A stretch of DNA of 64,000 bases from Eukaryota sp. TZLM1-RC (Eukaryota > Protista > Metamonada: BaSk clade), in contig JAUPSS010000002.1 in NCBI GenBank assembly GCA_040285825.1, positions 1,798,001 through 1,862,000 of the forward strand, in the 5' to 3' direction. This document shows, piece by piece, positions 37,401-49,748 of the stretch. The number at the start of each line of letters is the position of its first letter. The stretch's first letter is position 1. Both the position numbers and the translations under genes were made by a program. The notes below the pieces were generated by a model. It saw only the letters and a list, made by a program, of their open reading frames with translations. It ran no database searches and had not been told where the DNA came from.

Positions 37401-40051
37401 GTAAAGTGTTTTGCCACGATAGAATTATCATCAGTAAAAACAGATGTCTCAGGAATAGTTAAAGAACCATGATTCCAACAGCGAAATCGACCTTGGGTCC
37501 AAGTAGCTGAATCCTCAAATACTACATCCTTTGAGATAATAAACTTTGCAAAAGAAGAATCAATATTGACAAATGAAGTGAATTTGACCTTGGAATCGAC
37601 TGAAATAGGACCACTAATAGTACCTCCATTCCACGTGGCAGGGTCAGAAATGGTGATGTTACCACTACCGCTCAGATGACTAGACTCTGACATTGAAAAT
37701 AAAGTAATAGTTGAGTCAGCATTAAACACCAAAGAACCAGAACCATGAAGATCTACATTGGGTAAGGTTTGGTGAAGTGTAAAGGTAATAGTGCCACCTT
37801 CCATTTGAATAATGTCATTTGTAAAGAAGTTTGTATCAAATAAATGACTTCCACCAGAGGAAATAGTGTCCCCCAAGAGGATGACGTCATCAGTAGCTCT
37901 AAAATGACCTCCAGTAAGGTTTAAAAAGTCGGTTTCTATATTGCTTAAAGTTGTTAAATTTCCTCCAACATGAACATAATTTGATCTTAAAAAGGGTTCA
38001 AAGGTCAAATTTCCAGCTTGAATATCCAAGATATGACCAATTAAAGGAGCGGTACCTGTAATAGGGACAAAAGTGACTCCACCAACAGTTCTGGTAAATG
38101 ACTTAGGTAGGTAGTCGCAAGTACTTGAAACAACCATCACTGCATCCTCACGACCTCCATACTCAATACCACACAAATCACAAACTTCAATCTTTCCATT
38201 TAAAAAACCTCCTCCGTGAAGACCAATTGAAGCTTCGGGGGCAAGGAAGTATCCATCCAAGAAGAGGGTAGCGGCGATAGTAACCATTCCAGAACCAGTT
38301 TTCTCAATACTGGCTTCGTTGAACTGAGCTGATGGGATAGTTATTTCGCAAAGATCATCACCACGATGGTCACCGTCTCTAAACATATTAATATCAAAGT
38401 CAGAATAAATGTCAAACCTACTGGAAGAATCAAGAATGAAATGGCTAGCTCCTCCACAATAGATATCAGAACTGTTCCAAGCAAAAGGACGTCCCTGTAT
38501 AAGTATATTCCTTCCATAAACGAAATGAGGGCCTGGGTATTGGAATTCTAATCCTAATGGATTGGTAGCAGTTAATGTAGGGTTGGTAGAGGAATTAGAA
38601 ATAATTGATTGGTTACAACCAAAAAATCCTCCTGAATAAACAACAATCGGATGATCACTAACTGCATAATTAGCACAACCACCAAGTAATCCACCATCAA
38701 TTTCAACATCATTTCCCAAGTTTGTATCTAATTCAAAAGAAGTTCTACCACCTTTTAATACTAGTTTTTCCACATCAATGCCATGACCTCCCACTTGAAG
38801 ACCTCCTGCATACACAGTGGTTGTACCTCTAAGGATGGCATTGGTAGCATTGCCAATAGATGCGGCTTGAGGTGCAAGTCTAACAGTTGCAGTAAAATTC
38901 ATGTTCTGGTGAAAGATATAAGTCTTACCTAATTCACCAAATTCAATCCAAGAATTCCCACCCCAATCAATATTAAACCTAGATTCATCCCAAATGAACC
39001 CATGCTCAAAGTAATGAGAGCCTCCATAAAACTCAACCCTACTCATTGAGGAAAGGGTATTAGTGTCAAAGTGCACCCAAGAAACGTTAGCTCCAAAATA
39101 AGAGTCTACACCATTAAGTAAGAGTTTGGCTTGAGTCCCAGAACCAAAGACCCACTCGGAATACATTGAATCACCAGCAGTGGAATAAACGCCGTAAGGA
39201 AGGTCTAAGGTGCCCCTCGGAATAAAAACATCACCAGTAGTGGTAACTCTTGCTTCAAGACGATGAGTAACATCTGAATTGGGTTTATTTATAGAACCTT
39301 CGTCTTCAAAAATGATTTCAGTGAGTTCACCTCCACGATGGTTCCAGAGAAAATCAACGGAAGGTAAGTTAAGATTGCCCCCAGCTAGAATGACTTTGGT
39401 TCCATAACCTGTATGGAAGGTACTGGACACACGGGTGTTGCTCTCAATATCGATACGGGCATTACCAACAAGCTTAAACACTACATTGTCCGCATATTTG
39501 AAGTTTGAATTGTAAATGTAAAGTCTACTATGAACTTCAATGGTAAGAACCCCATTATCAGTACCATAGACACGGAGATGACCACCCTGGAAATAGAATT
39601 CATTACAACGAATGGTACCAGGACCGTAAATGGAGGGACTTGCTCCAGAGCTGTACACATTAACTCTGTTTCGAACTGTGAGGGTTCTTCCTCTGAGGTA
39701 GAGACTGTGTCCTTGATAGATGTTCATGCTGCGGATAGTACGGGTGCGATCTACACTGGTTGAACAGCTACCGTAACATCTGGTTGTACGACTACTCCAA
39801 CACGACAACCTTGTACAGCGAGAGCAACGCAAGTTTACATGACTCTGAAATTAACCCAAAAGAAGACATACAATGCAGGAAGCACAACCACTCTGATACC
39901 AATAATTATAGCGACTGCACGAAGAATCCCAATTACGATGAGCGGCACAGCTGTTCCAGGTTTTAGTGTTTGTACCGGAAGCAGGACATGATCCAATTGA
40001 AGCATTAGAAGAAGAAACAAAAAGTAAGGTAACAAGGAGGGTAAGAAGCAT
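25451..40051 (-). CDS. Giant (~4,857 aa) secreted/surface protein with Gly-rich beta-strand (beta-helix/adhesin-like) repeats
   Basis: 4793-aa ORF plus upstream exon 39872-40051 (signal peptide MLLTLLVTLLFVSSSNA, Cys-rich) joined in frame by the 27-nt intron 39845-39871; recurring W.GG.I.G and .N.G.. motifs; 3' end may be spliced further. Confidence 0.85.
35460..36607 (-). repeat. Intragenic near-identical ~180-bp duplication (35460-35641 and 36426-36607) within a 3x ~160-aa Cys-rich repeat
   Basis: TSNPVQIDYVGSTVSC.LFIEDLAFSEIGGTTSPSPSSFSC.PINDEF..CLLDNSYHLVF occurs twice, offset 966 nt. Confidence 0.9.
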
Positions 40052-40258
40052 GTTCCTGAAAGAAAGAAACGTCATTGACACTGCCTGAGAGCAAACTAAT
40101 GTCAAAAAGTATTGATTCAGTTGAGGGAATAAGAATAAACATTAATTTATGGGAAAAGTACACATCTACCCATTTTTCCAAAAAATGGAACACGTCTACC
40201 CACCACAATAAAGTGAACACATCTACCCACTTTTTAACTGTTAGGACTTCTTTGCAGA

Positions 40259-41128
40259 TTGGACATGACAACAACCTCTTTCGTTGTTGCTGAATCAACT
40301 ATAACTCTCAAACATAACGACACCGATTATCTCTTGAAAATCGGTTCCCTGGCTTCGATGGAAATAATAAAGGAACTGATTCGGCTAGATTGTGTCCAGA
40401 GCTGTGCCTATTGTGTCTACAAAAAGTCTGAACATACAAAAATTTATACTCGTTGCAAAAATAAAAGATGTACGTTTGAATGCTATGCTTCACGACCTAA
40501 ATCCGCTGCTACAACAACTCCTTATGAAGTTAAGCGGTATAAAGCTCATTCCTGTGATGGTAATTTAACTTCTTCCTACAAGATTCTTCCTCCTTCCACA
40601 GATTACCTTAAAGTTGAAAAGCACTGTTGTTGAAGCTCGCAGTTTAGAAGTTGTGACAATTTCCAGGAGAGGGGAAGGTTCAGTGCTGAAGGTTACACAG
40701 CATGAAAAATCATGGTTGGTGGATTTGAACAAACAATGTTGTTGTTCATGTGGATTTTGGGACCAAAATGGATACCCTTGTGTTCATGCGGTGGCAGCAC
40801 TTTTATATATGGACAAAAACATAGTGAGTGCAGTGGACCTTTATTATTTGAGAGAGAATTATGCCAGAACCTACGAGGAGACCTAAGTATTGAACTAAAA
40901 GAGACAGAAACTCAAGCACCACAAGTTGTAAGGCAAAGAGGAAGACCACGTCAACGACGGTTCCGAGCTGGAGAAGGGCAGAGAAAGAAGAAACAAAGAG
41001 ATGGAGGAGAGATACCAGACAGTGAAGTTTCAGAACTGACACTCGTCCGCCAGCAGTTTGGTGTAGAGGCAACAGCGATGATTCAGATTGGAGTGAATCG
41101 GAAGAATCTTCTGCATTGGAAGACTTAG
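40259..41128 (+). pseudogene. MULE transposase remnant (N-terminal zinc ribbon and SWIM finger, DDE core missing)
   Basis: RCKNKRCTFECYAS...KAHSC; CSCGFWDQNGYPCVHAVA (SWIM); RGRPRQRR tail; frameshifts. Confidence 0.8.
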
Positions 41129-41333
41129 TTGAAGATCAATAGAGATTAGGGAGGTTTATCGTATGCTTAACATGTCCATAAACGGTTTATTTGATGTTTG
41201 AGATGAGTTTGGTGAACGTACCAAGTAATTAAGAAACACAAACATGATTACATCATCAAACAGATCGGGATGGATAAGTTTCCTTAAAACAATTGGGTAC
41301 AGAAGTACCAAAAAAATCAGTAGTGGGTAGGTG

Positions 41334-41996
41334 TAGGATTTCGATTTGAGTCGAGTCGAGTTAACTCGAGTCAAACTTATCTGACTCAACTCGACTCATG
41401 AGTCAAACGAGTTGACTCGACTCGACTCATTCTTACATCCATTGACTCGACTCGACTCATTCTTACATCCATTGAGACAAGTCCACCTTAACATTATCAT
41501 AACCATTGTTCTATTTACATTTTTGATTACTGTTCTGTTCAAATATCATGTCATATCAAATAAAAATCATACTTTATTTTCTACGTCAACAACAGGAATA
41601 TTGGACATTGCTAACACAATAGATAAGAGTTACAGAAGAAAAAACGGTGTCTTTTATTACAGGTCTAGAATGTACAATCTTTTCGAATATGTCCTACTAC
41701 ATCACACTTTTCACATGGGTTTGGACATGTCTTCGGATAATTGTCGTGTTGGAGGCAAGAGATGATGATTGATGTTAGATACAAGTTGTTGGTTTATTAA
41801 GGATCAACAACGCAGTTTTGACATGTTTTTGAAAAATAGGAGAGGAAGAGGTTTTATGCCGCAAGTTGACGAATGTGAGTCGACTTGACTCATTTGAATA
41901 ATAAGTGACTCGACTCGACTCATGAGTCAAACGAGTCGAGTCGAGTCGAGTCAACTCGAAACTCAATGAGTTGACTCAACTCAAATCGAAATCCTA
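41334..41996. mobile_element. hAT-type MITE nested in the right end of the MULE
   Basis: TIR TAGGATTTCGATTTGAGT / ACTCAAATCGAAATCCTA; 8-bp TSD GGTAGGTG at 41326-41333 and 41997-42004; subterminal GAGTC/GACTC pentamer arrays; no transposase. Confidence 0.9.
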
Positions 41997-44900
41997 GGTA
42001 GGTGTGTTTCACTTTTCAAAAAAGTGGGTAGGTGTGTCCCTGACCCTTAATTTATTTGCTGTTGTTTAATTTTCCTCTTCAGAAGCCCCCTAGTATAATT
42101 TTTTCTATTTCTGTTGCTCCAATCGTGGATCGATCTGTCAACTCCCTCTCCTCATCAATCTGTGGCGCTCTCCTTAGTGTTATACGTTATATCATTTTAT
42201 ACGCCAGATGGCCTGAACTATAATTATATTGGATTTTGATGAATTTCTTGACAGGTAACAGTGTATCTAAAAATTAAAGCCATTTTTTCTATTGATAACT
42301 TCTCTCCATCTTTGTGAACGTTGATTGAGTACATTAATTTTTGAATCATCTTGAACAATGGATATGGTAAATCAAGATAATTGAATCTATTTTGAAAACC
42401 TGAAAATCAAACTGGACTGTCATTAAAAAAACAATGAGGTAGATGATTACCAATAAAGTTTAAAAATCTACGAAGTAAGGGTTTTTTGTCAGAAAAATAC
42501 TATGCCTCATATCGATGTCAGGTAATGTGGTAACTTGAGGACTCATTCTCAATATGAGTGAATACTTACTCTCCAAAGAGAGTTATTGCGGTCAAACCTT
42601 CCAACAACAATTGAAATTAAGAAATTTTTTTGATCTGAAATCCATTCATCCATTTGCTCATCGGTTTTTCTTTTCAGAAAATCACCTTCTTTTTTCATTT
42701 TATCAATAATCTTATCAGGTTTAATGAAATGGTTCTTATTGTTTCTGTAAAGTTGATTATCCTGATAAATTTCAAGATCAAAGCACATATCAGTGGGAAG
42801 ATTTTGATTTGTGGTTATTGATTTGAATTAAATCAACGGATTAGGCTTGAAGCCATTAAGACTTGGCTAAATTTTCTTGACCATAATGGGTTTCAATTGT
42901 TTCTTTGTCAAAATTTTCCTGTTCTCGAGATTAAACCTTGTGTTTAAATACAAATTTTTCGGTTTATTAATTTTTGTTGTTGTTCTGTTGATGGTTCGAT
43001 GTTTATTGGTCAAAAATCGCTATTCTAATAATTTTTGATGCAGGAGTAGATTTGAAATTTGATCTTCTCTTTACGGGTCCAGGATTTGCTTCAACATCTC
43101 CATCCATTGTTAAATCAACCGTAAATGTGTTTGTGATTAGAAGATGTTGGGAGCTTCTAGATTGGAAACATAAATTTTAAACACAATTATCAAACTCAAC
43201 ATTATCAAAATAACAATTTGAGACACAACATCCAATATCTAAAACAGGAAAAAACATCTCATATCCAAGGTGATTATCAATATGGCTGATTCAACAGCAT
43301 CCACATCATGACTCACATAATGACTGAAAAAAGTGCAATACTCTACCTCCATGGAGGGATCAAAACGACGATTGCCATGGGAAATCGAGGCTCTGATCTT
43401 TCGTTTATTCTTGTAACGCAGGACGACTGTTCCCGACTGAGGAGTTCGGGAGAAAGAACTCTGTTGTTGTGTGAAGAACAGGTTGAAGGAGGAGGTGGGA
43501 ACTGAGTGTAATACCTCGCTATCCTGTTTCTCGCCTTGTTGTATGATGTTAGCAGAATGGGAAATGTCTGGAGAATTTCGCTGACAGATGTCTGACATGC
43601 TTATTGCTTCTTCAACCAGGGCAGCTTTTGGCACTCTTAAATTGAAGGTCTAATCAGGAAAGCTTTTCAGAAACTTTAGGTGCAAGCTCTCGCTGCCCTC
43701 TTTGACTCTGAAGATACCTCTAGTGATTTCTTTCATTCATCAAAGCATACTGCCTCTCCTCTTTTATCTCCAGACGAATAGACATATTATGCATCTTCAA
43801 TGTCTGGGATTTTCCTTACCATCTCTACTATCTTACATTATCCTGTGGTAGATTCTTTATTGGAACTGAGTTTTTCACAAGATTTTCTCAATACAGTGAA
43901 CCCTATATAAATAACCTCTTTACCTGAAATCCATCCTGTTCTGCAACACCATTTTGGGTTTTAAAACATTCAGCAATTGTTTAGTGGACACTCACCCTCT
44001 ATATCGGCAATTTCAGTCCAAGGGAAATTTGCCACGTACTCCAAGTCCCACTTAGGAAAATTAAACTGAAAATCACTCCTTAACTGCAACGGTGTCAAAA
44101 ACATTATAACTGTCACATTGTTCTTCATTAAAGAGCTCTTTGGTTCAAGCTTTGTCAGGTGATAATGGGAGTTAAATTATTTTTTCTATAAAATCAATTT
44201 CCTTTCTCTACTTTACAGCACTGTTCCCATCGTTGAAGAGAGAGAAAGCAGATGAGATTGGAGAACTCAATTGATGGGGACCATACCTGAGAGAGGCAGA
44301 ATTTATATTTCAGCTTTTTTGTATTCTGGTACTATTTCAAAATTGATATTTATAACAAAAATAAAGAGGAAGATAATAAAATTTAGTGTTCATTATTGTA
44401 GGGTACATTTAATGGATATTAATAAAATAGTTCCAATAAATCAAACAGTAGTTTAAAAACTACCGCTGCGCTGTTCTTGTAAGTTTTAGAGTTGTGTAAT
44501 AGATTTCGATTAGAAAATACAGCGATACTTATTTCGTGGAGGATATTTTGTGAATGATTATATAATATAATTGACATTAATATATGCCATAAATCTATCA
44601 AACTCAATTTTTTTGAATAAATCATTCCAGTAGGCAAATTGGAATACAGAGTAGATCAGATTTACCTAGATCAGCAACAACAACGGTCATATCTGGAAAT
44701 ATCTTGGGTTAACACCGGGGTCCTCAATGTATCATCCTAATATTAATATTCTTAATCTTGTCCATTTTTGAAATAATGCTGATAGCACAAATCAGCAGAT
44801 TGGTCATTACATTGATAAACCAACCTTTGACCAGGAGTTTCTTTCTACTCAGTCATGAACTTTGACAGCTTTTTTGTCAATTGCATGAGTTAACTTTCTC

Positions 44901-46022
44901 TAACTGTGAGATGTCACCATTAAAAAAATTTCACAAAAACAATTGTGATTCAATTTTTGGTAGAATATCATTAGGATGAGTTTTAAACAGATGCAATGAA
45001 TACCCACAAATGAATTGCACACCAATGCTAGCAATTTTGTGACTCTTATTGATTGATTCATCAACCACGTCAATCAATTCCCTATTCTTTGAGGTACAAA
45101 ATCTCAAGTATCTAATTTACCTAGCTTTTGAATTCCAGGACACACGTGGTCATTCTTGTGCCAGTATTTCACACTCATTAATAAAATTTGGTGTCTGTTG
45201 ATGAAAAATTACTGTTATGTCACCCTACGTAATTTGATTCTATCCTACATCTCATAAAACAAAGCACTGTCAATTTTTACAGGTTCAAAATGAGTTCATT
45301 TTGTCTCACTGTCAACAGCAATTACTATACTTCACAGAAATTCTATATCTGTCCCTATGTAGAATACAAATTCTTGACCTGCTTACTTCCATATTGATGT
45401 ACTGCGGAAAATTAAAATTGTGTAGTGCAGTTCTTATCATAGATACTTCACTAGTGATGGCCTTTATAAGGGCCGGTGAAATTGAATAAATATTTTATTC
45501 CTTTTCTGTCTAAATGTCTAACCTCACAGCACCAATATATGATCAACTTGAAGTAACATATTGCAAACAATGATGGTAAGGGTATTTTGTGCTGATCATT
45601 GGTGAATAGGGTCACAAACCAGTCAGTATCGAACAGAATCCCTCCAATTGTTTCAATGATAGTCAAAATAGTTGAATCACATTGAATAATTAAACCAATA
45701 TCGAAGCTCAGCAGAATAGCAAGTGAAATGTCCTGCGGTGTGCTGCAAAGTATTCATAATTCATGTAGAAGTTTGTTTGGAGAAAATGGCTAGATACACT
45801 GAAAAACTGTTGGTATGTGGTACTAACTGAAAACTATAAAACGGTGTAGTTGTTGTTATCATTGTGCATAGAATATAATCACTTTGAATCGTTATGATTG
45901 GTTAATGATTTCTGTTGAACTAAAGACTTTCAAGATGCACTCCATGAATGCCATAAACTAAGATATTACAAATCAAATAATACTTAGACAAAAGCAATCA
46001 AATACTAATTTATTTCAAAAAT

Positions 46023-48089
46023 TTAAGCTATAGGTTCAGCTACTGCCTGATCCTTCAAAAACTGAGATTTTTCTGCCAAATTAAAGACTTCCAAAACCAA
46101 AGGATCAGAAGGTGGATGATTAGCACACCAAACAACCCATTCACCTTCCACTTTATCAATTCTAGCAATCAGATACCCTCGTACAATATTTTTTGAAACA
46201 ATTGTTAAAACTTTACTGGGCTCTAGTCCAAACATTTCAGACAACATTTCAATAGTAATTGTGGAAAAATTAGATAATGAATTGAATAAGAAACACGATA
46301 AAGCAGCTTCCCGCATAACTTTCTCCAAAAATTGAAGAGTAACTTCAGCATCAGACATCATCTCCCAAAATGAAAGTTCTTTAATCAAATTGATTGCAGT
46401 GGTGACATCACCATTCTCCAAAAGTCTTGCACATTCAAAAACAACATCCTTTGGTGTCTCAGGAGGTGCTAAGAATAATTCTCTCTTTAAATGAGCTTGA
46501 TGTCTCCTGAACATCTTGGAAATCACCCTTCGTGACTTATCAGCAGTATTGAACAGACAAGAAGGGTTTGGGGTTAAAATCTGCTTGACGACAGAAGGAC
46601 ACTTGGCACTAGCGGCATTAGGAGTTTCCAAAAGCATTGAACATGTGTAGTAGACAACCTCGAGCACTTCAATTGAAAGGAATATATGATAGGGGACTTG
46701 GCGACGTTTGTCTTGTGCAAGTACTTCTTTAATTCTTCCAAAACTCATCAAATCGTTTAGCAAACCATGTGCATCAGAGAATTCCCCACATTTAAATGCA
46801 GCAACTCCAAGAACGGCTAAGCAACGGTTATAAAGAATTTGTACATCAGAGTTACCATACAATGGGTTTTTTGAATCAAATAGTCTGTCTGCTTGGGACA
46901 TGAGGAAACGATCTCTAGCTTGCCTAAACTTTCCCAACAAAGCCAAATGATGAACCAAGTATAATGCTGCTTTGGTAACCATAATGAATTCCTCCCCAGA
47001 GTCATCCCTTTTGGTTCTATCTTTTGAGGCAACATAGATTCCACGAACCAAATTTTGAATCAGGTCAGTCAAATTTTCAGGAACTTCCCACTCAATTAGG
47101 TGCTCAAAATTCAGCAACTGTCCCTCATTATTGGGCGTCCTAAAGTGTAAATGTTCGACTCGGCGAAGTGCGACTTGCATAGAATGAGATGACATTCTTC
47201 GAGAGTCAAAATAGTTCTGAGCCCTTTCTGCGAGTTGTAAAAATTTCCACTCGTCAGCAACACGACTCTTGTAATCATCAGCTCTGTAATCAATCAATTG
47301 CAAAGCCTTTGATAGCTCATATTCCAACTTAATCACGAATGGTAACAAAGACAGATGCATAGACAAAGTTTGGTCTTCCGCTACTTCTTCCGAGTTTTCT
47401 TCAGTAAGGGTCTTTGAGTCAAGTACCACATCCTCATGCTCTTCAGCCAATGCTAAAGCTTCGTTGAGTAGAGTACAGGCATCTTGCCAAAGGTTCTGAG
47501 GCATTGCAGAGGCAGAAGCTTGTCCTACCATAATGTCAAAGATAGCTGAAACAACTTGGAGTTTCAGATGAGCCTCTAGTGAAGGTAATTCCAGCTTTTG
47601 GGCAACTTCAGCAAGCTCTCTTAATGATTCCACTTGATCCCGCTTGTCCACGGACTTCCGGCCTCGTAGTGAAAGAATTTCATTGAGACGTTTGACAATG
47701 TCAGCACTGGAGAGGAGAAGACGTTCTTCTTCCCCTTCCTCGGGAGTGGCTTCGATTTTAGGCTTCTCTATCGGCTTTCGTTCTTCACGTTTTGGTTTGG
47801 TTGGTTTAACAGGCTTGGCTTTGGTCTGAGAAGCGGCTTCCCGATCTTGAGTTGACTTGAGGAAATAAGCACGACCCAGTTTAGGCCTGTTGAGGAAGCG
47901 AGACGTGGTTGGTTGTTCGTTATCGGCATCTGAGAAGTCAGAATCAAAGGATTCTTCCGCAGAGGAAAATACGTTGTCTCCATGAATAGAAAGAGATGAA
48001 ACTGATTCAACTTCAGATTCAGAATCCGTATCTCCACGGGTACTGAAGAAGAAAAGAGCAGCTGCGCCCTGATGAGATGGTAAGAGCAT
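46023..48089 (-). CDS. EIF3C: Translation initiation factor eIF3 subunit c
   Basis: Acidic Ser-rich N-terminus; LRGRKSVDKRDQVESL, VALRRVEHLHF, QILYNR.LAVLGVAAF, RRQVPYHI..S.EVLE, ISKMFRR, PPETPKD; C-terminal PCI domain. Confidence 0.9.
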   Translation of the reverse strand: MLLPSHQGAAALFFFSTRGDTDSESEVESVSSLSIHGDNVFSSAEESFDSDFSDADNEQPTTSRFLNRPKLGRAYFLKSTQDREAASQTKAKPVKPTKPKREERKPIEKPKIEATPEEGEEERLLLSSADIVKRLNEILSLRGRKSVDKRDQVESLRELAEVAQKLELPSLEAHLKLQVVSAIFDIMVGQASASAMPQNLWQDACTLLNEALALAEEHEDVVLDSKTLTEENSEEVAEDQTLSMHLSLLPFVIKLEYELSKALQLIDYRADDYKSRVADEWKFLQLAERAQNYFDSRRMSSHSMQVALRRVEHLHFRTPNNEGQLLNFEHLIEWEVPENLTDLIQNLVRGIYVASKDRTKRDDSGEEFIMVTKAALYLVHHLALLGKFRQARDRFLMSQADRLFDSKNPLYGNSDVQILYNRCLAVLGVAAFKCGEFSDAHGLLNDLMSFGRIKEVLAQDKRRQVPYHIFLSIEVLEVVYYTCSMLLETPNAASAKCPSVVKQILTPNPSCLFNTADKSRRVISKMFRRHQAHLKRELFLAPPETPKDVVFECARLLENGDVTTAINLIKELSFWEMMSDAEVTLQFLEKVMREAALSCFLFNSLSNFSTITIEMLSEMFGLEPSKVLTIVSKNIVRGYLIARIDKVEGEWVVWCANHPPSDPLVLEVFNLAEKSQFLKDQAVAEPIA

Positions 48090-49184
48090 AAGAAAGGGTT
48101 GTGTTGTTAAAACAAATGATGTCTGAGAATTTCACATCAGACGGATTTTGAATTTTTTGATATTTATTGAATTTGCACACTTAATTAAAATAACTCATAA
48201 CTAATGGGACGACTATCATTGAACCAAGATTTCCTCTACAAAATCTTGATCTGCTTGCTGTCTAGCTAAGGCTTCTCTTATTCGATTGAAAAACCGTGGT
48301 AATCTATTAATTATGGCAAATTGAATCCGTGAACGCCATAAAAAAATATCAAATCTTTTCATTGTTTTTTCTTGCACCATTTTTGGGAAGTCATCCAAAA
48401 AAGTTTCTGCTTCAACTGATAATCTTCCATTTATCGAAAATGGGAAAGCAATAAAAACCAGCTGTGTATTTCTATCGACATTAGCTTCTTCAATATCTTT
48501 ATCATATTTTCTATGTTTCTCTTTTGCTTTAAAATCCAGAGCAGCCACAGGATTAAGTTTTCTTCTGTGAACCAAAGTATCATTTGCAACATTACATGAG
48601 ACAAAGTCAACAATAGCTTCAGAATTATCAATCCAATCACAGTATACATCACCTCTATCATCAGAACCAAAATTATTCAGAGAAAGTGTTTCCTTCAGCA
48701 GGGGCTCTTTGATACACGATATCCGTGCAGTTTGTGCCATATTGAAAACAGTGTCTCTAACAGCATCATGTAATGAAGAACGATAAGTTATCAATTTAGA
48801 GCAATTCAGAGCATGGCGCAAAGTGAGTTGAGGTGAATTCGAACAAATACATTTTTCTTTTGATAATAATTGATTATTGGAGATATTCAAATACAATCTC
48901 ATTTTTGTTACAAATGCTTCATTAGTGGCACACAATCCAAATCTTCGTGGTACAATGGTTAAAAAAAGTGAAGAATCTGATGACTTACTTTCACAAACAC
49001 CCTTTTGTTGGCGCCTTTAGGCTTAAATAGAATAAGGGCAAAATAAATCAACTTTATGTCAATCATCTTTATCTCAACCACTTTTGCAACCTAAGGCAAC
49101 AATAATTATTGGCCGTATTAGGTTATAGGTATACCGCTTACACAACTCACAGCTGTCAAACAGAGGATATCTTCAACAGATATC

Positions 49185-49748
49185 ATGTCAGTCTCTCCTC
49201 GCCAGGACACTGACTCTAGTCAAATTTTTTACATTGAACAGATGCAACAGTACGACAGAGATGCTTCTAGCATACATACAACATCAGTAGGGACTGAAGA
49301 GTCGAATAAAGAAGAGGACTCGGGCTCGAGACCACCCTCCGCCCCTCCTCGTGAGAAAGATATGGAACCAGGCACAGAACCACCTCCCGCCTCTTCCAAA
49401 TCAAAAACAACGGAACCAGGCACGGAACCACCTCCTGCCTCTTACATGTCCAACAAACCAGATAAGGTTTCAGGAACGGGACCACCTTCCTCCTCACCTA
49501 AAGAAAATGTTGGGTTAAGCTCAGATACTTCGTCTGCTCTGAAGGACTACGAAGAACTTCAGTCCGTCTTAGAAGAAATGGACGACGAAGAGAAAGAGCT
49601 TCGCCAACAGATAATGAAGGACGCGGAAGCCCACCTTGAACCTACAGATTACTGTTTGTTTGAGCAGCTCCCTCCTTTATGGAAGCAAATCCAAAAGAGA
49701 GGTAGAAACGTTGGATTTCAAACACTGGAAATGAGGCTACAGGTATAG
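49185..49748 (+). CDS. 187-aa acidic Pro/Ser/Glu-rich ORF of the LTR element, copy 1
   Basis: ATG-started ORF with EPGTEPPPAS repeats and an acidic helical region; no RT, integrase or protease motif seen. Confidence 0.55.
   Translation: MSVSPRQDTDSSQIFYIEQMQQYDRDASSIHTTSVGTEESNKEEDSGSRPPSAPPREKDMEPGTEPPPASSKSKTTEPGTEPPPASYMSNKPDKVSGTGPPSSSPKENVGLSSDTSSALKDYEELQSVLEEMDDEEKELRQQIMKDAEAHLEPTDYCLFEQLPPLWKQIQKRGRNVGFQTLEMRLQV

Larger units (their letters stand above)
40151..42046 (+). mobile_element. Internally deleted Mutator-like element (MULE)
   Basis: 9-bp TSD TTAATTTAT at 40142-40150 and 42047-42055; GGG...CCC termini with inverted ACAC.TCTACCCA / TGGGTAGGTGTGT subrepeats; transposase remnants inside. 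Confidence 0.88.

Noticed and set aside
25427-39966. Many short ORFs overlapping the giant gene, and similar ones over LIG1, eIF3c and the TEs
   Set aside because: Antisense or alternate-frame shadows with no motifs
41334-41996. GACTC/GAGTC arrays and a 31-bp tandem duplication as a CRISPR-like array
   Set aside because: No repeat-spacer periodicity; they are subterminal repeats of a TIR element with an 8-bp TSD
48545-48561. Partial match (13/17) of the putative guide region CCACAGATCTAAGCTTT to family C retroelement CCACAGGATTAAGTTTT
   Set aside because: Mismatches are central, and this level of identity is expected by chance in 64 kb of AT-rich DNA
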